Shown here piece after piece: positions 48,822-62,500 of a stretch of 64,000 bases of DNA; positions within the stretch are counted from its first letter, which is position 1; each line of letters opens with the position of its first letter. A program made the position numbers and the translations under genes. The stretch is from positions 17,794,001 through 17,858,000 of the forward strand of contig NC_047070.1 of assembly GCF_902459465.1 (NCBI RefSeq), given 5' to 3'. The notes below the pieces were generated by a model, which did not search any database, was not told the origin of the DNA, and was given only the letters and a program-made list of their open reading frames with translations. The stretch is from Asterias rubens. Lineage: Eukaryota.

Positions 48822-51800
48822 CTAAGATATGACAGGGCCGGCAGAGAGCTGTCGACTTCTACTGAAGGAGTTTAATTTCTGTCCAGCTACGTCAGTCATG
48901 ATACCCTTTGCCTGTAGGGATGCCTGCTTCTCTCTCCTCTGCTCCAGTTCTTTCCATCGACTCTCCTCTATTGTCCGCTGTTCATGTAAAGGAAAATTAG
49001 ATTGTGTTCTCAGTTAATACATGAAGGTGCAGTTTGTTTTTACAAATTATATTCACATTGGATGGAGACAGGGTAATTTCAGAAAAGAAACCGCGCTTAA
49101 GAAGCATATTTCACGAGTTAGCAGGAAGTTTTTGCTCGTGTGAGAGCGTACTCCACGTTACTAGGCATTCTTCACTTGCACAACTACGGCAGAAACTTTA
49201 AATATTAGCATGGAAAACATGCAGACAATGGCATGACCTTATACTTTGTGCTTCTTGGTTGAGTGGTAATAAGTCTTCTTGCAGCTTTTTGTGGCCGTTA
49301 TAGACAATTAATTGGTACACGCCGCTTGCGGCTACTACAGTTTAAAGAGTCAAGTTTACCTTTTGTTTATTCAGAGTTCTAATCTTGGAAGCAGAATGCT
49401 TGGACTGTTTCATCTTCATCTCCTCGTTGGCTTTCAATCGTTCTTGCCTCCGTTGTTCAAGCTTCTGCTGGAGATCGGCCAGTTTGGGATCTTTAACCTC
49501 TGGTTTCTTGGCAGAGTTTTTCATCTCTTGCCTGGAAGACAAGTTGAACAAAAGAATCTTTAATGAATTAATAATAATGAACATAAAACAATAGCTCCTT
49601 TCAAATACTCAATTCACAGAGCTCTGATAATCCTACAGATAAAAAGTGATTAAACCTACACTGCAAATTTCTTTGCTAAGCATCGACTCCAGAAATAGAG
49701 AACCGCTGCTAATCTTAATCCACATGAAAAGGCATGCTCAACTTCCAGGTAGTACTGTAGTTAATTACCAGGACAGTTCTTTTCTGTCTCTCAAATTTTG
49801 AAAAATCTACTCCGCAGCAGTAGAAGTTCTCAATAGAAAAATCTACACAGCAAAGTAAACATATATGGTATTACCGCAAACCAAATACCTCACCATGCAA
49901 TGCCTGAAAAAACACTGATATATCTACCTGACAGCTGCATTTTGTCCTTCCACCACTCTGTGTTTTGATATCTGCTGTAAAGTATCCATCAGTTTCCGAT
50001 CCTTGGCCGCCTTCGATTCCAAGATTTCATCTCGCTTGTTCTCTTCTTTCGCCTGTTGTTCTGTCGCCATAAGAGCGAGGCGCTCTTTCAACTAGACAAG
50101 ACAAAAACAAAATAATATTGATGTGGGTTGTGCTCTACAGTTTCAAACAAAAGACCATAGACACCTGTGTGGAGAGTGTGACTGTGGAAATATTGTTTTT
50201 GACATCATAATCAAAATCACAATTCCAGTGTGTGTTTGATCCAAATTGATTATTCTCACCAGCATGAGGAATTCTAGCACTAGTGTAGCTAAAAAATTAA
50301 CTATAAACGCGTCATGCAAAACAATTACATTAACAAATCACATAACTGGTTACTATGGTTGATCCGATTGCTGCATTTAAAATAATCATGCCAACAAGTT
50401 TTCATTGATATAAATCATAAAATCTATAATCAGTCACCCATCTAATGAATTCCCAACAAATCCGACCCAAAGACAGTGAACAATTAAAAAATTGTCCAAT
50501 TTGTGTTTATACTATTTTTGTCAAGATTTCCTACCTCCGCCACTGACATCTCAGAGAGGAGGGAGTGGCCAGCGGTGGCCGTCCAATCAACAAGTTTGTT
50601 GCGGCTTTTGGGCGTGGCCTCCATGGCTCGGATCTGCTGGATCAGCTCCATCTTGCGTTTCATCTCAGCCTCAGCCTCTTCAAATGCTTGCCTCAGAAGC
50701 TCTCTGCTTTCCTCACTGACTTCCTCCACTGCAAAGAAAATAAACATTATACGAAATTAGACAGAAATAATTCTGAAAAATACTAACGAAATAGAAAAAG
50801 CTTGAATATGAGGACCATTCCATATATTGACCCCCTTGCACCAACCGCATATTATTACTCAACTCAAGCTTCTTCTCCTGCTGCACCAAGGCTATGGAAT
50901 AACATCCCCTTGCTATTTGCAATGCTACCTCAATAACTGAAATTAAGCATCTCCTCAAAACGCACACTTTTAAACACCACACTGTCCAATAATCAACAAT
51001 TTTCTTGTTTATTTCTTCTTTCATAAAACATGAATGAAACTCTCACCTATCTTGCGTTTGTAATCTTGTATTTTGTTCTTGGCCTCCTTGGCATTCTTAT
51101 GTCCCGAGATGACATCTTCCACCATCTGTTTCAGAACCTCTTCTTCTTTTAATCTTCGTGCTACATACTCTTGCATCATCTTTTCTGCCTAGAAAAAAAC
51201 AAAACCCCAAATAATGGTAAAAATGTTTTAAAAAGCGCCACATTGGGCAGATTTTAACAAAGCATTTTGATAGTACATAGCATATACACCACATCAAGAA
51301 GTTATTCCTGGGTGGAGAAGAGCAACTAAGGATTTTACATCTAACAAAATGCACAAGTACCAAGGCTGTTGGTGCTCATTGTTGAGTTTTCAATGTGTGC
51401 TTGGAATCTCAGGAATTCTTTAAGAGGATTTCAGAGGGGTACTCTGCACAATAGGAAATCAGTGTACTAAAGTATGCCAACATTGGGGAGATACCCTCTG
51501 CCCTGTATTGGGCATAGCATACCAATGGGAGCTTCTGGATTTAGTCTGGTTCCCAACCTACCTCCTCCTTCATCTCCTGCACTTTCTGCCTGTTGTCTTT
51601 AATCAGTGACTGTCTGGCCAAAATGGCCTCCTCGTGGCTGATTTTGCCCTCGAGCCGACGCCGTTCAATGTCAGCGAGCTGCTCATCCATGTCCTTCTGT
51701 TTCATCCCCCGTTGCCACTCTAGGAATTGAGAGGCATCCTTAGCACCAGCTTCAAGAAGCTCAAGCCTAAACAAAAAATAAACAATAAAAAGATTTAATA

Positions 51801-54496
51801 AGTACAGGGACCCAGATTTGAACCCACATTGTGATGACTTAAATTTGGTGGGGGTTAGCCATGGCACACTATCAACCATTTCTTATACATGTTCCTTTAA
51901 GGTTTTTTTTTTTTTTTTTTTTTCAAGGATGTAACTCACTTTTTCATCTCCTCTTCCTCCCGCTTTTGATAGAGGGCGCCCTCCCTAAGGATGGTAGCAG
52001 CATTCAGCTTGATTGGGATGTTCTCTGTGATGGCAAGTGGTATATCTTTGGTCTTCTTCTTGTTGAATTGCAGCTTGCCATCTTCCATGGCCAGGATTTC
52101 GTTTCGTCGCCGCTGTGTCTTGTCTGATTTCTCTGCATTCGCGCAGGAAAACTGCCTCTTGGTAGCATCGTAGAGATGTTCCTGTGTTTGTAATGAGTGC
52201 AATACGGTCATTAATAATCTCAGTGGATACAAAATGGATGTGGTACAGTTTAAGAAATATTTCAGTGCAAAGAACACAATTATAATCTCTAACTCGGGTT
52301 CCTTCCCCAAGCTAAAATCTGCCCAAGAAGAGTCATGTTGGCAGGTCACTGCTATCGTCACCCTGAGCTTCCAGCAAGTAAGCTTATCCTCTGGGAGCCC
52401 AAGCTAGGTTGAACCCAAAGAGGTCGAGGTCACCTGACTTATGTTGATCAACTAAGAAGGGACAGTGGGTTTGTGCAGATGAAATATCTACATGCATGAA
52501 GGACAGGGAGGGAGATCTAGAGACAACTCTGTCCTTACATCTTTGACCGAGGACACTACTCAAAATAGAATGAAAAGAGATGACTCACCTCAACTCTTCT
52601 CCTATTTCGTTCCTTGGCTTCTACAATCAGCTTGTCTTCCCTTGGTATGTCATAGGTGCTCTTGGGTACAGGTTTATGTCTATGAACAGTTGGTATCTTA
52701 TCCGGCATAGGAACACTCCTAGGTCTTGGCTGTGTTAAACTGAAGGGCTTTACCTCTTCAAATAAAAACATTACAATTATCGTTAGGCTCAGTTATTTTC
52801 CAAATTATCATTCCAACCACCAGGGTTTCAAATCATCGCTTGACTGATACTTTAATTTTCATAAAAAATTGTTGAGAAAGTGATGATAAATCATGTTATT
52901 CTGGCAGGGATTGCACTTGTATGTGCGATTATGCTCATAATGCTGGATTATAAAACCCACACTCTGCTGCTGACAACACCAGAGCTTGGGTCCAATGTAC
53001 TAGACCACTCGGCCATGCCACGCGTATATGCTGGGCACTTGATAAAGGTAGATAGGAGTATGCTGAAAAAGGGCTTTTGGAAATGTTGTTTTTCTTACCA
53101 GTTGCTGTTTTTACTGTCCTCTTGGCTTGGACTTTGTTGGCGATTTTATCTGCAAGCTGATTTACTAGTTCATTTAACTCAGGAAGCCACCTTTAGCAAG
53201 TTGTAAAAGTACAAAAGAAAAAAGGTTGCTTTATGTAGCTTGGTTTTCAGCAAGAAATTAAATGTTTAGTAGAATTGCATACTATGTTATTTTTTATTTG
53301 TAAACAGATACATATCGTTGCATCAGTGCAAAAACAATGTAAAGGAAATTTACCTCAGGATTGGTGACATGAGTTGGACCTGAACGTAACTGTTTTCGTA
53401 AATCTTACACCATTCATCTTTTATCCACTTCTTTAGGTTGGACTCATCCAGGAAAAATGCTAGAAACTGATAAATAACAAGGGGGAAACCTATAATGTCA
53501 TTTATGTTTAATTTAGCAGCAATCATACACGATCTGTTCACCATTTATGAAATACATTTTTTTGCGCTTTATAAGGGTTGTTTATACAAGCTTATTGAAC
53601 TAAATGGTGAAACAGTTTTCAAATTAGATCTTTGAGTCAGCCTGTGAAAGAACAAACATGTCAAAGGTTTAATTTATTGTCAAACAGTTAGCTGATTAAA
53701 ACTCCCAAGCCTACGCTTTATGCACATTTCTCTGCTATTAAAAAAACCCGCAAAATTCCGGTTATGGTTGAACTTATAGGAAATTGGAATAGGGGTTCAA
53801 TAAACACACTGCGAACCAGCTCAAAAAAATCTTTGACCTTACCCTGAACATCTTGTTAACATCCTGTGATCGAACAAACTTCCTAAAGTTGGTCATCTCC
53901 AGCTCATCAAGTCGATACAACGCCAAATAGCATAAAACTAGGAAGAATAATTGCATAATGCATATTGTAAAATTGTATATATTTATCTACATTTGTATGG
54001 GGTTGAAACAATCAAACAGTGTTAAAACCCAAAGGTATACTTTAAGTCTGTATGCCTTTAAGTCCCCTTCCACTCACCTGTATATAGATTGATGTCTGTG
54101 CGGAGGCAGCTCTTGCCTGCCCGCAAGTAAAATCCGCTGACAACCACGCCCATGATACGGGTGTGGCGGACACACCCAGAAAAGACCTCGGTGAGGAAGA
54201 CTTGTTCCTCGTCATCGAGATTCTGTGAATAAAATATCAGCAGACGAGAATACAGGTTTTTGAAATGAAAGTTTCACAGATTTAGTTTGATGGTATGTAA
54301 ATCTGTGACTAAGATTGAAACAAACAGTGGGCTCCAATTACCTATACAACCCCTTTAATATTAGACTTGTTTGTGTCCCGCTAATTACCGTGTTTTCACC
54401 GAGATATGTCTTCAGATGTTGTTCCACCCCATAAGCATTGGGATCATAGCCATCTAGTATGGCTATACAATGATGCAGCAGTGATGCATGATTCAT
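48822..54496 (-). CDS. CFAP99: Cilia- and flagella-associated protein 99, about 664 aa
   Basis: Thirteen phase-consistent exons: 54496-54389, 54222-54078, 53937-53843, 53466-53354, 53190-53099, 52755-52589, 52181-51940, 51766-51562, 51188-51047, 50728-50535, 50091-49928, 49531-49360, 48977-48822. 5' UTR exon donor near 54935. Motifs: EVFSGC, LCYLALYRLDEL, WIKDEW, KLNAATILRE, long coiled coil. Confidence 0.88.
50845..50990 (+). mobile_element. L2-type LINE 3' remnant
   Basis: Translation includes AAPRLWNNIP...IKHLLKTHTF. Confidence 0.7.
52950..53035 (-). mobile_element. tRNA-derived SINE head (family A)
   Basis: Reverse strand reads gtggcatggccgagtggtctagtacattggacccaagctctggtgttgtcagcagcagagtgtgggtt. 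Confidence 0.65.
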
Positions 54497-54989
54497 CGTT
54501 AAAGTCAAGACCTGTGTGAAGGGAAAATTATATATAATTAATATTCAAGTTCAACTTTCAAGGTTTACACTAATAAAATAATAATACAGCAGTTCATGAG
54601 TTTGAAGTTAATTAATAATATGCAATAAGTTGAGTACTATGATTATGATTTAATTAACAGGAAAGATATTTCATAAGTAGGACCCCCTATGCAATGTATA
54701 ATAACCTCTCAAAAATTATCTTTTAAATAGGTTTCATGATTAAGAATGACACTGATCGAAAACTTCAGGAAATTACACAACCGCCAACGTTGTTCCGCAC
54801 ACACACGACCCATCATGACAACGGTGGTTCATAAACTCTACGGAATCGTCTACAAAAACGTCATTAAAATTACAATTTGTAACAATCATGAAGTAATTTG
54901 ATAAATGAATATATGATTGATAAAAGGGTACTCACTTTATACACATCAATTACTCTTAATAAGACCAAAATTAAGGCCAAATTCCGGTA

Positions 54990-55240
54990 AGATTTTTGTG
55001 AAGTTTACTGATTTGTTGACCTAAACAACGGAAGTGCGCCACCAACGATGGCTCAGTCATACTTTGGCTGTCACGGCATTTCATTTGTCGACATTCCCCC
55101 ATTCATTCTCTATTAGAACTTTTGATTGGCTGATCAATTGTTCGGCAGAAACAACATGGCGGCGTCCATGAGCCGTGGGATTATGTAACCAGAGAAAAGA
55201 ACACAGAATTTGTTATTATAAAGTTCTTGAGAAAAAGTAA
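54990..55240. promoter_or_regulatory. Compact bidirectional promoter of CFAP99 (-) and SERAC1 (+)
   Basis: First-exon donors face outward at about 54935 (-) and 55237 (+). X-box-like 55015-55029, ETS CGGAAGTG 55029-55036, CCAAT (reverse) 55125-55129, YY1-type AACATGGCGGCG 55153-55164. Confidence 0.65.
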
Positions 55241-55428
55241 GTAGAAATTTATTATATCTAGAAACTAAATAATGTTTGACTGGCATGGGACAATTTTTAC
55301 GATGTCAGTGCTAGATAGTAGATGGTTATTAACATTAAATTAGATTTTAAAAAACGAAATAAAGTAAACCCCCCAAAAAAGGAGCAGGCTGCATCAAAAA
55401 TATGCAGTGCCGGGGGGTGGGGGGGTCT

Positions 55429-56258
55429 TCTCGCCTCCAGCCAGCTCGCCCCCTGACAATGTCCGCCCCAAATAACTTTCCGTATGGCGCCACCACTTTT
55501 TCACCCTTTTTTACAAAAAGGGATATATCAATCAGGTAAATTAGATACTATATTATTTTATTTCGAATGAAAAAGTGGTGGCGCCATACGGAAACTTTTC
55601 CTAAATTAGATACTATATTATTTCATATCGAATGAAAAAGTGGTGGCGCCATACGGAAACTTTTCCATAAGGTTTATCGCGATTCAGAAACGCAATGCAT
55701 TGTGGGAAGGAATATGGGGCGTTTCTATGCAGTTTCTACGACTTGCGCACGCAACGCCTATACCTTTGTGTGGGTTCAACAGCGCCCTCTCTTGATATTT
55801 TGCTATTCGCGATAAACCTTATTGAGGAAAAGTAGATTCTGTTTACATATCGAATGAAAAAGTGGTGGCGCCATACGGAACCTTTCCAAATACTTGAACT
55901 TTCCACTACAAAAAAGAATGGACAAAATTTAAAACTCTCATTCAATTTAAAATGCTTGTTTTAATTAAATATTTATTTCGGCCTGTTTTGTTATTTTAGA
56001 AAAAAAATGTATACTATTTGTAAGTATAAATATATCATGTAAAATTTAGGGGAATGAAGTTTATTTCTTGATGACTATTTTTACCCAAAACTAAACACAC
56101 TGCTGCTGGGGGCAACTTTGCCAGGGGACGACATAGTCTTGGGCGACATTCTCAGGGGGAGGGGCGACTTCGCTAGAGGGTGACATTGTCACTGTCAGGC
56201 CAAGGGGGCGCCTTTGCAGGGGCAACTTTGCTGAAGGCGAGCTGGCTAGGGGGCGAGA
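55429..56258. mobile_element. Composite nested inverted-repeat element in SERAC1 intron 1
   Basis: Outer GC-rich IR at 55429-55450/56236-56258. Inner IR ttccgtatggcgccaccacttttt at 55476-55501 with three right-hand copies (55570, 55635, 55857). Confidence 0.65.
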
Positions 56259-56530
56259 TGACCAGCATCCAGTACAAGTTTTCTTATTTGGAATTTTTGT
56301 GACAAAAAGACAAACAAGATCAAAGACAAAAGGCCACCAGACTTAACTAAGTGTGGGCGTGCCTTTTAGCGACCAAAGGCTACAATAAAACTGTGGCCTT
56401 GGGCCTGCAGCCAGTGTTAATTTTAAACCCTGCTCTCTGAACTAAATCAAATATATCTGGAAAAGTCAAAATTAATACCACATTCTATTTTTATGTCTAA
56501 CAGTTGACAGTTTCATAGAGAATCGTCTGA

Positions 56531-59500
56531 ATGTTTGGCATGGTAATCGGTAGAAACTTCTGCATCAACAGAATCCCGAAGGAGGCAACACTGACAAGAT
56601 GGGCTTGGGTGAAGAGTGGAAAAGTAAAAGCAGCAGCACTAGCTGGTGTAATGATTGGGTCAGTTTGATTCTTCAGCCACACAATTACTGACCCTTTTGA
56701 AAATCTAAATATTTAAAGGGAATGGATTTTATACGTTTTTTTTTTTTTTATACTATGTATTAAATGTAGATAAAAAGCTGTAAAGTCTGGAGTTGCGATG
56801 ATGGAAGTAATCCTCCATCCTCTGTGACTGTCGGGAGGATGGAGGGTTACGATCAACACAACTAGTAAGTCTGGTGAATCAGGATAGAAAAAACATTCAA
56901 AAAGAAAACCCAGAAACTTTTCTTTGCAGAGAAGACGAGATTATTTATGGTTCACTTTGAAAATATCTCACGTATCCAACATGCAATTTAATTTTTTTAT
57001 TATAAATTACATTTTTTGAAATGAAAAACAATCAGACCTACATATTTTCTCCATGCAACCGCTTATGATATGTGATGTTGATATTTGTTTTACAGAGGAG
57101 GATTATTCTTATACAGAGAATGGGTTAGCTTGGATCGGGCTGTCCACTACAAATCAGACGCTGCTATCCGTGATCGACCAAACCCTTACATCTATGTCAC
57201 CCCTGCACCCAATGGAGGTAAGTCATTCCACTTTTCTTGTATAGGTAACACTAATGGCCCAGTTTCATAGAGCTGCTTAACTGCTGATTTAATGGCATTG
57301 TTTTTAACTAATAATTGTTTTATTCCTATGTTCCAATTGAAACTAAATTTCTGTATAGTTATGATGCAGACAATAAAACATTCTAATTATTGTTTGCTAT
57401 AGGAGTTGTGCACCCTTACCTGGTAGGTCTGCTGCCCTCTAGTGGCAGAGCTTTCAAAAAGTCTCACATTGAAACTAAATTTCTGTATAGTTATGATGCA
57501 GACAATAAAATATTCTAATTAAAAAAAAAAAAAATTGTTTACTGAAAAAACCCAAGCCAACTACGCAAAACCAGCCAACAGTTATTTGGATAGAACCATT
57601 GAACGGACTACTCATCATTGGTTTTTGAAGAATAGATTCATTCCAGTCTTGTAGTTCTCAATCAAATTCCAACCAGCCCAGGCCTGATTCATTGACATGG
57701 TACTGCCCTTGAAATGCTCCAGTAGAAGTTTACAATTTCCTCATAGGGTGCCCTTTACAAAGGAGAAAATGCCTTGGTGCCCTTGCCCTTTAAAGAAACG
57801 AAGCATACCTGTTCTAATAACATTGATTTTCTCTGTTCATTTAGAAGACCTCGTGACCCAGATGAGGAGTAATTTGAAACTGAGATTATCCCTCCTGGAA
57901 CATTTCCTTGAAGATAATCATCCTGAAGGTATTTTTAGGCACCGTCTTGAAAATATTCCAAGATAACTTGATAGACTTGTCCACAGTGTATTCATTTACC
58001 TGCAATATATCTCCAAGCGGTCCGATTACATTGTAGATAACTTTGAGGGAACAGTATTGCAACAAGCCCATAAAAATGTGTGTTTTCTGGTATGGTTGTC
58101 TGCAGATTGTGACACAGCACTTTGTAAAACATGACATTGTGCTGTGTAAAGTAAAATGAGTCTATACTTAGAACAGAGCTCTGCATACCTTATAAAAAAT
58201 AATGAGCACTTTGAGATGCCTTTTGGTGTGATAAAGTAATACATAAAAACACTGTGTATTATCATCATTAGCATAATAACAACCACAAGAAAAGAAGTAC
58301 TGTACATTATCAAACAATATTATTTTATGCACAAAATTATGAAACAAAGTTAATCAAATTTCCCGTCGCTTTTCAGTGCTTTCCAAGCTACCCCTTGATC
58401 GGACGAGTGAGGACCCATGGCGTCTCTTGAAGAAGGCCCAGTCTGACAACCCTCAACGCCGGCGAGCTGCTGTGGCTAAACTAGCTAAGAAACACCACTG
58501 GCATGGTAATTAACACTGGCTTGGTATTTGCAACACTTAACACCTTGAAGGCAAAGTTTACCTTTTGGATTTTTGAACCGTTCGATTGTTTTATATAAAT
58601 GTAGATAGACATATAATAGAACTAACTTGTGAAAATTAGCTCCTCAGCAAAAATGAAATTTTTGTTAGTATTGTGGCACCGGCCAAAACAATTTAATTTA
58701 CATGGAATTTTGGCTGGTATTTTATTTCTGACTCGGACCTATCCCTCTTTCTCTTCCAGATGCTGAATACAGAGCTATCGCCCAAGCCTGTGATCTGAGA
58801 ACTCTGATTGGTCTAGCCAGGTCAGCTGATGTGGATATGCGCTTCTTTCTGGATCCACCTTCTCTTGATGAGTCAAAGGTAGTTAACAAATCTCCTTGTC
58901 AACTAACAATTTTCTTTGTTGTGCTGTGTAAATTTGTTCTTAAGAAGTTGACTCACTACTTTTTTGATCTGAAAGAACTGTCCAGCTTAGTAAGTTCTAC
59001 CTGGGGATGTACAGTAGGAAATCGGCAGGGACTACTACTTTTGCTTAATGGATCAAGGGGCAGAGTGTTTTGTTTAATTGGTTTGTTTGTCTTTACAAGG
59101 AGAACACAGAGGAAGGGTTCAAGCGACTGCTAGGAGCTCTGCCGAGGGACAACATTGACAGATGTACCGAATTCTTCACCTTGAGAGCCGTGGCCGAGAG
59201 CAAGGCAGTCCAGGCCAGTGATCATGTGAGTCTTTAGAATTTACCCTGAGTCTTTACAGTGACTAGCAAGCAGGACCAGTTATCTTGTAATTGGTCGGAA
59301 CATTTCTGATATCCAACCGTAATTTCACACTTTGCAGCTCTCTTCCCCCTTAAGACTATTATTATAACTGTACAGACTTTTTATGACTATTAAACTTTGC
59401 TACGAACTTGTAATCTGAGATTGAAGACCTTTGTTTCTTTCAAATGTGTTTTTGATTCAGAGTGGAACGTTGTGCTTTGGGGGCAACACTCTGTCATTTG

Positions 59501-62500
59501 TAACGGGTCTGAGTAAGATCCCAGAGGAGGCCAGAGAGACTGTAAACCTACAGGCCCTCGTCAGTCACTCTGAGGTAAGTAACAGGGGACACCAGACATT
59601 GGGAAGGAGCTGATCTTATAGCCTTGCTACCACATGCAGCACGCTGTATTGATACCTCTCGTCACTAATCCCTGGTGGGGATGTACTGAAAAACAATGCC
59701 GATTTACATACACTCTTTTTCCTAAACAAGATTTCCAGATTTTTCTTCAACATTCATTCTCATGCCTGAATAACACAAAGTTTGCTTTGATTTTGAAGGT
59801 ACCCACCCACTGTGAAGAGATAGTAAACCATGGTGGACTCCAACTCTTAATGAAGCTGCGATCCTCCAAGGCAGCAGTCAGCCTCAAGATTCAGTGTTAC
59901 ATCGCTCGTATCCTCGCCAACATGGCACTAAATGAACATCTTCATGCTAAGATAGTGCAGGCAGGTAAGGTACACAGAGCTTGAGGATTCTCAATTTCGT
60001 ATAAATACCACAGTGGCGTTTGTGATGCATGTGAGTGCCTTGTTGCAGAAAATGGGTGGTCAGGTTGGTGTTGAGCTATCTTTCCTCCCCATTCCTCCAC
60101 TAGAACCTTGGTTTGAATCACGCCAGGGGCACTATTGTGGATTGGGTTTTCAGTCCGTACCTAGTTGGTAGAGTGCCGGTGTATCAGTCAATGTTTTCCC
60201 TCCTGCCGAGATTCTGTCCCCCTTTTCCATAATAGGGGGATAGAATCTACAGAGGACAGATTTCCCCATGACATTGGTATGTTAATCCGAAGGTCATTGG
60301 TTCATATCCGTGCTAGATATCAGGCATTGTATTCAGTGCTGACCAATCTATTACCCTGCCTTGAACTGACACAATTCTTTCCTCTAGGTTGGGTCAGCGT
60401 TCTAGCATCCTGGATGAAGTCGGACTGTATCCCACTGGCGGCTCAGGCTGCGAGGGCGCTAATCAACATGGACAGGGACACCTTGACGGAGAAGCTACAC
60501 GATGGCATCTTTCTTCTTCACCCACAAGTCAGAATGAGGTCAGAGGTCAATTCCACATAGAGCTAAGATTGATCTCAACTCTAGGGCCTTATTTCATACA
60601 GCTATTAATCAGAAAATACTGTTAGCAAATTACTTTGCTCAGCAAAAAATTAGTGGGGCACCAGTTGAAACAATGTTAACCTGATGGAGTTTTTGGCTGT
60701 AACTAGTTTTGTTAAGCAAGATTTTTCTTTGTGATGTCACAATACAAATTACAAATCCAGTTTGCAAAATTGTTTTTGGCTTAGTAAATATTTGTGCTTA
60801 AGCAGCTCTAATTTCGCCCTGCACTAGGCAATCTTTGGAAGCAGACGTTGTCTTTGTCCACGGTCTGCTTGGAGGTGCCTTCAAAACGTGGCGCCAGAAG
60901 GACCCGGAGGCGAAGACGTCAAAAGGACCCATTAAGGAGGAGGAAGAGGAGGTTGAAGTCCATAATGATGAGGCGACAGAATGCTGGCCAAAGGTGAGGT
61001 TGGGAGGGGTTAATACTTTAAGAGTTTACAGTTACCCAAGCACCTTTGTCAGAATGTTGTCCTTAAAAGGGACTGTGTCGTTATAATCAAAGCAGGTCTA
61101 TTGCTCTGCATGGAATAGCTCTTACCCAACTGCTACATGAGCAAGCATGCTCTCCATAATAAAATAACCCTGCTTAATACGGATGCCATGAGAAAGGCAA
61201 GTGTAACATTCTTTTAAATGTTACTTTACAGACATGGTTGGCTAAAGACTGCCCCCACATGCGCATCATTACGATATCCTATGACACTCACATGTCGGAA
61301 TGGTCAGCCAAGTGTCCCTTCCAGAGTGAAAAGTAAGTAAAACAATTTACAAATGGGCTGGTCCTCCTTTAGAACTGTCTTTATATCCCATCCCCCGATA
61401 AATAGCTACTTGTTTGAATTTCGCTTCTCACTAGGCTTTCATTTCTCAAATTTAATAAGTTCAGAACGCTGCTGCTTGCCTCTTCTCCACAATCTTATTT
61501 TAACATCAAGAACTCCACTTGCTCTTTATCAAACTGCATATCGCATATAAGTTCTTCAAAGCTCTTGGTGACCAATCTCCTGTCTATATAACTGATCTTC
61601 TGCATATGTTTGTTCATCAGACGCTCCTTGGCAAACCGTTCAGCTGAGATAGCCAATAAATTACATGAAGCTGGAGTAGGTCAACGACCTATCATCTGGG
61701 TGTCTCACTCTATGGGAGGTAAGACTGTTTATTCCCCTACAAGCTGGTATCCTCGCCTCAGATTTGTCTATAACCATGACATATATGTTGGTATAATACT
61801 GTGAACTAGATGCGTGGCAAAACATTTCGGAAATTCTATATTGTAGCCTCGGTTTTGAATGCAATAATATTCCTGCTTGATTATTTGAATTGAGTAATTG
61901 ATGTGTTGTGCTGGAATATTAATATATTACTTGTTTGTCTGGCACCATGAGTGACAAAACTTGTTGATACCGGCAATTTATAACTGCTCTTATTATATTA
62001 TTATTAATAATCTTTGTGATTTGTTCATCCTATCGTTTTAATATTGTGTTTTTATCCATTCATGTGTCTGGGTTTGTTTTTACACCAGACTATGTACCTT
62101 GTATATTTTTGTCTTTTGTGATAGTTTTTAATCTATCTAGCATTTAAGGTTTTTAAAAGTGTGTGTGTAATAATTTATGTAACAAATGACAATGTATATT
62201 CTGTCTTTTAAACCTTTTATGTCATTGGTGTATTGTTGTTCTTCTTCTCTGTGATAACTTTTACTTTTGCTAGTTATATTTTGATCAGAGTAATATTATG
62301 TTATTTCTTCTATCACGCTGATCCATGTTGATTTTTGATTACGGTCTTTGTAATACTTAATATTTTATTTTGTAAGCATGACATTTTCAGCATAACCGTT
62401 TAATAATGCCAATCATGTTTAGTGTTATGAAACTAAAATAAATTAGTTGGCAGAAACAGTCAAACAGTATTACAGGAAGTTACAGGTTAACATAGATGGG

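Noticed and set aside
49230-49340. Possible extra CFAP99 exon (LQEDLLPLNQ...)
   Set aside because: Weak acceptor, and the flanking exons already join in phase 0.
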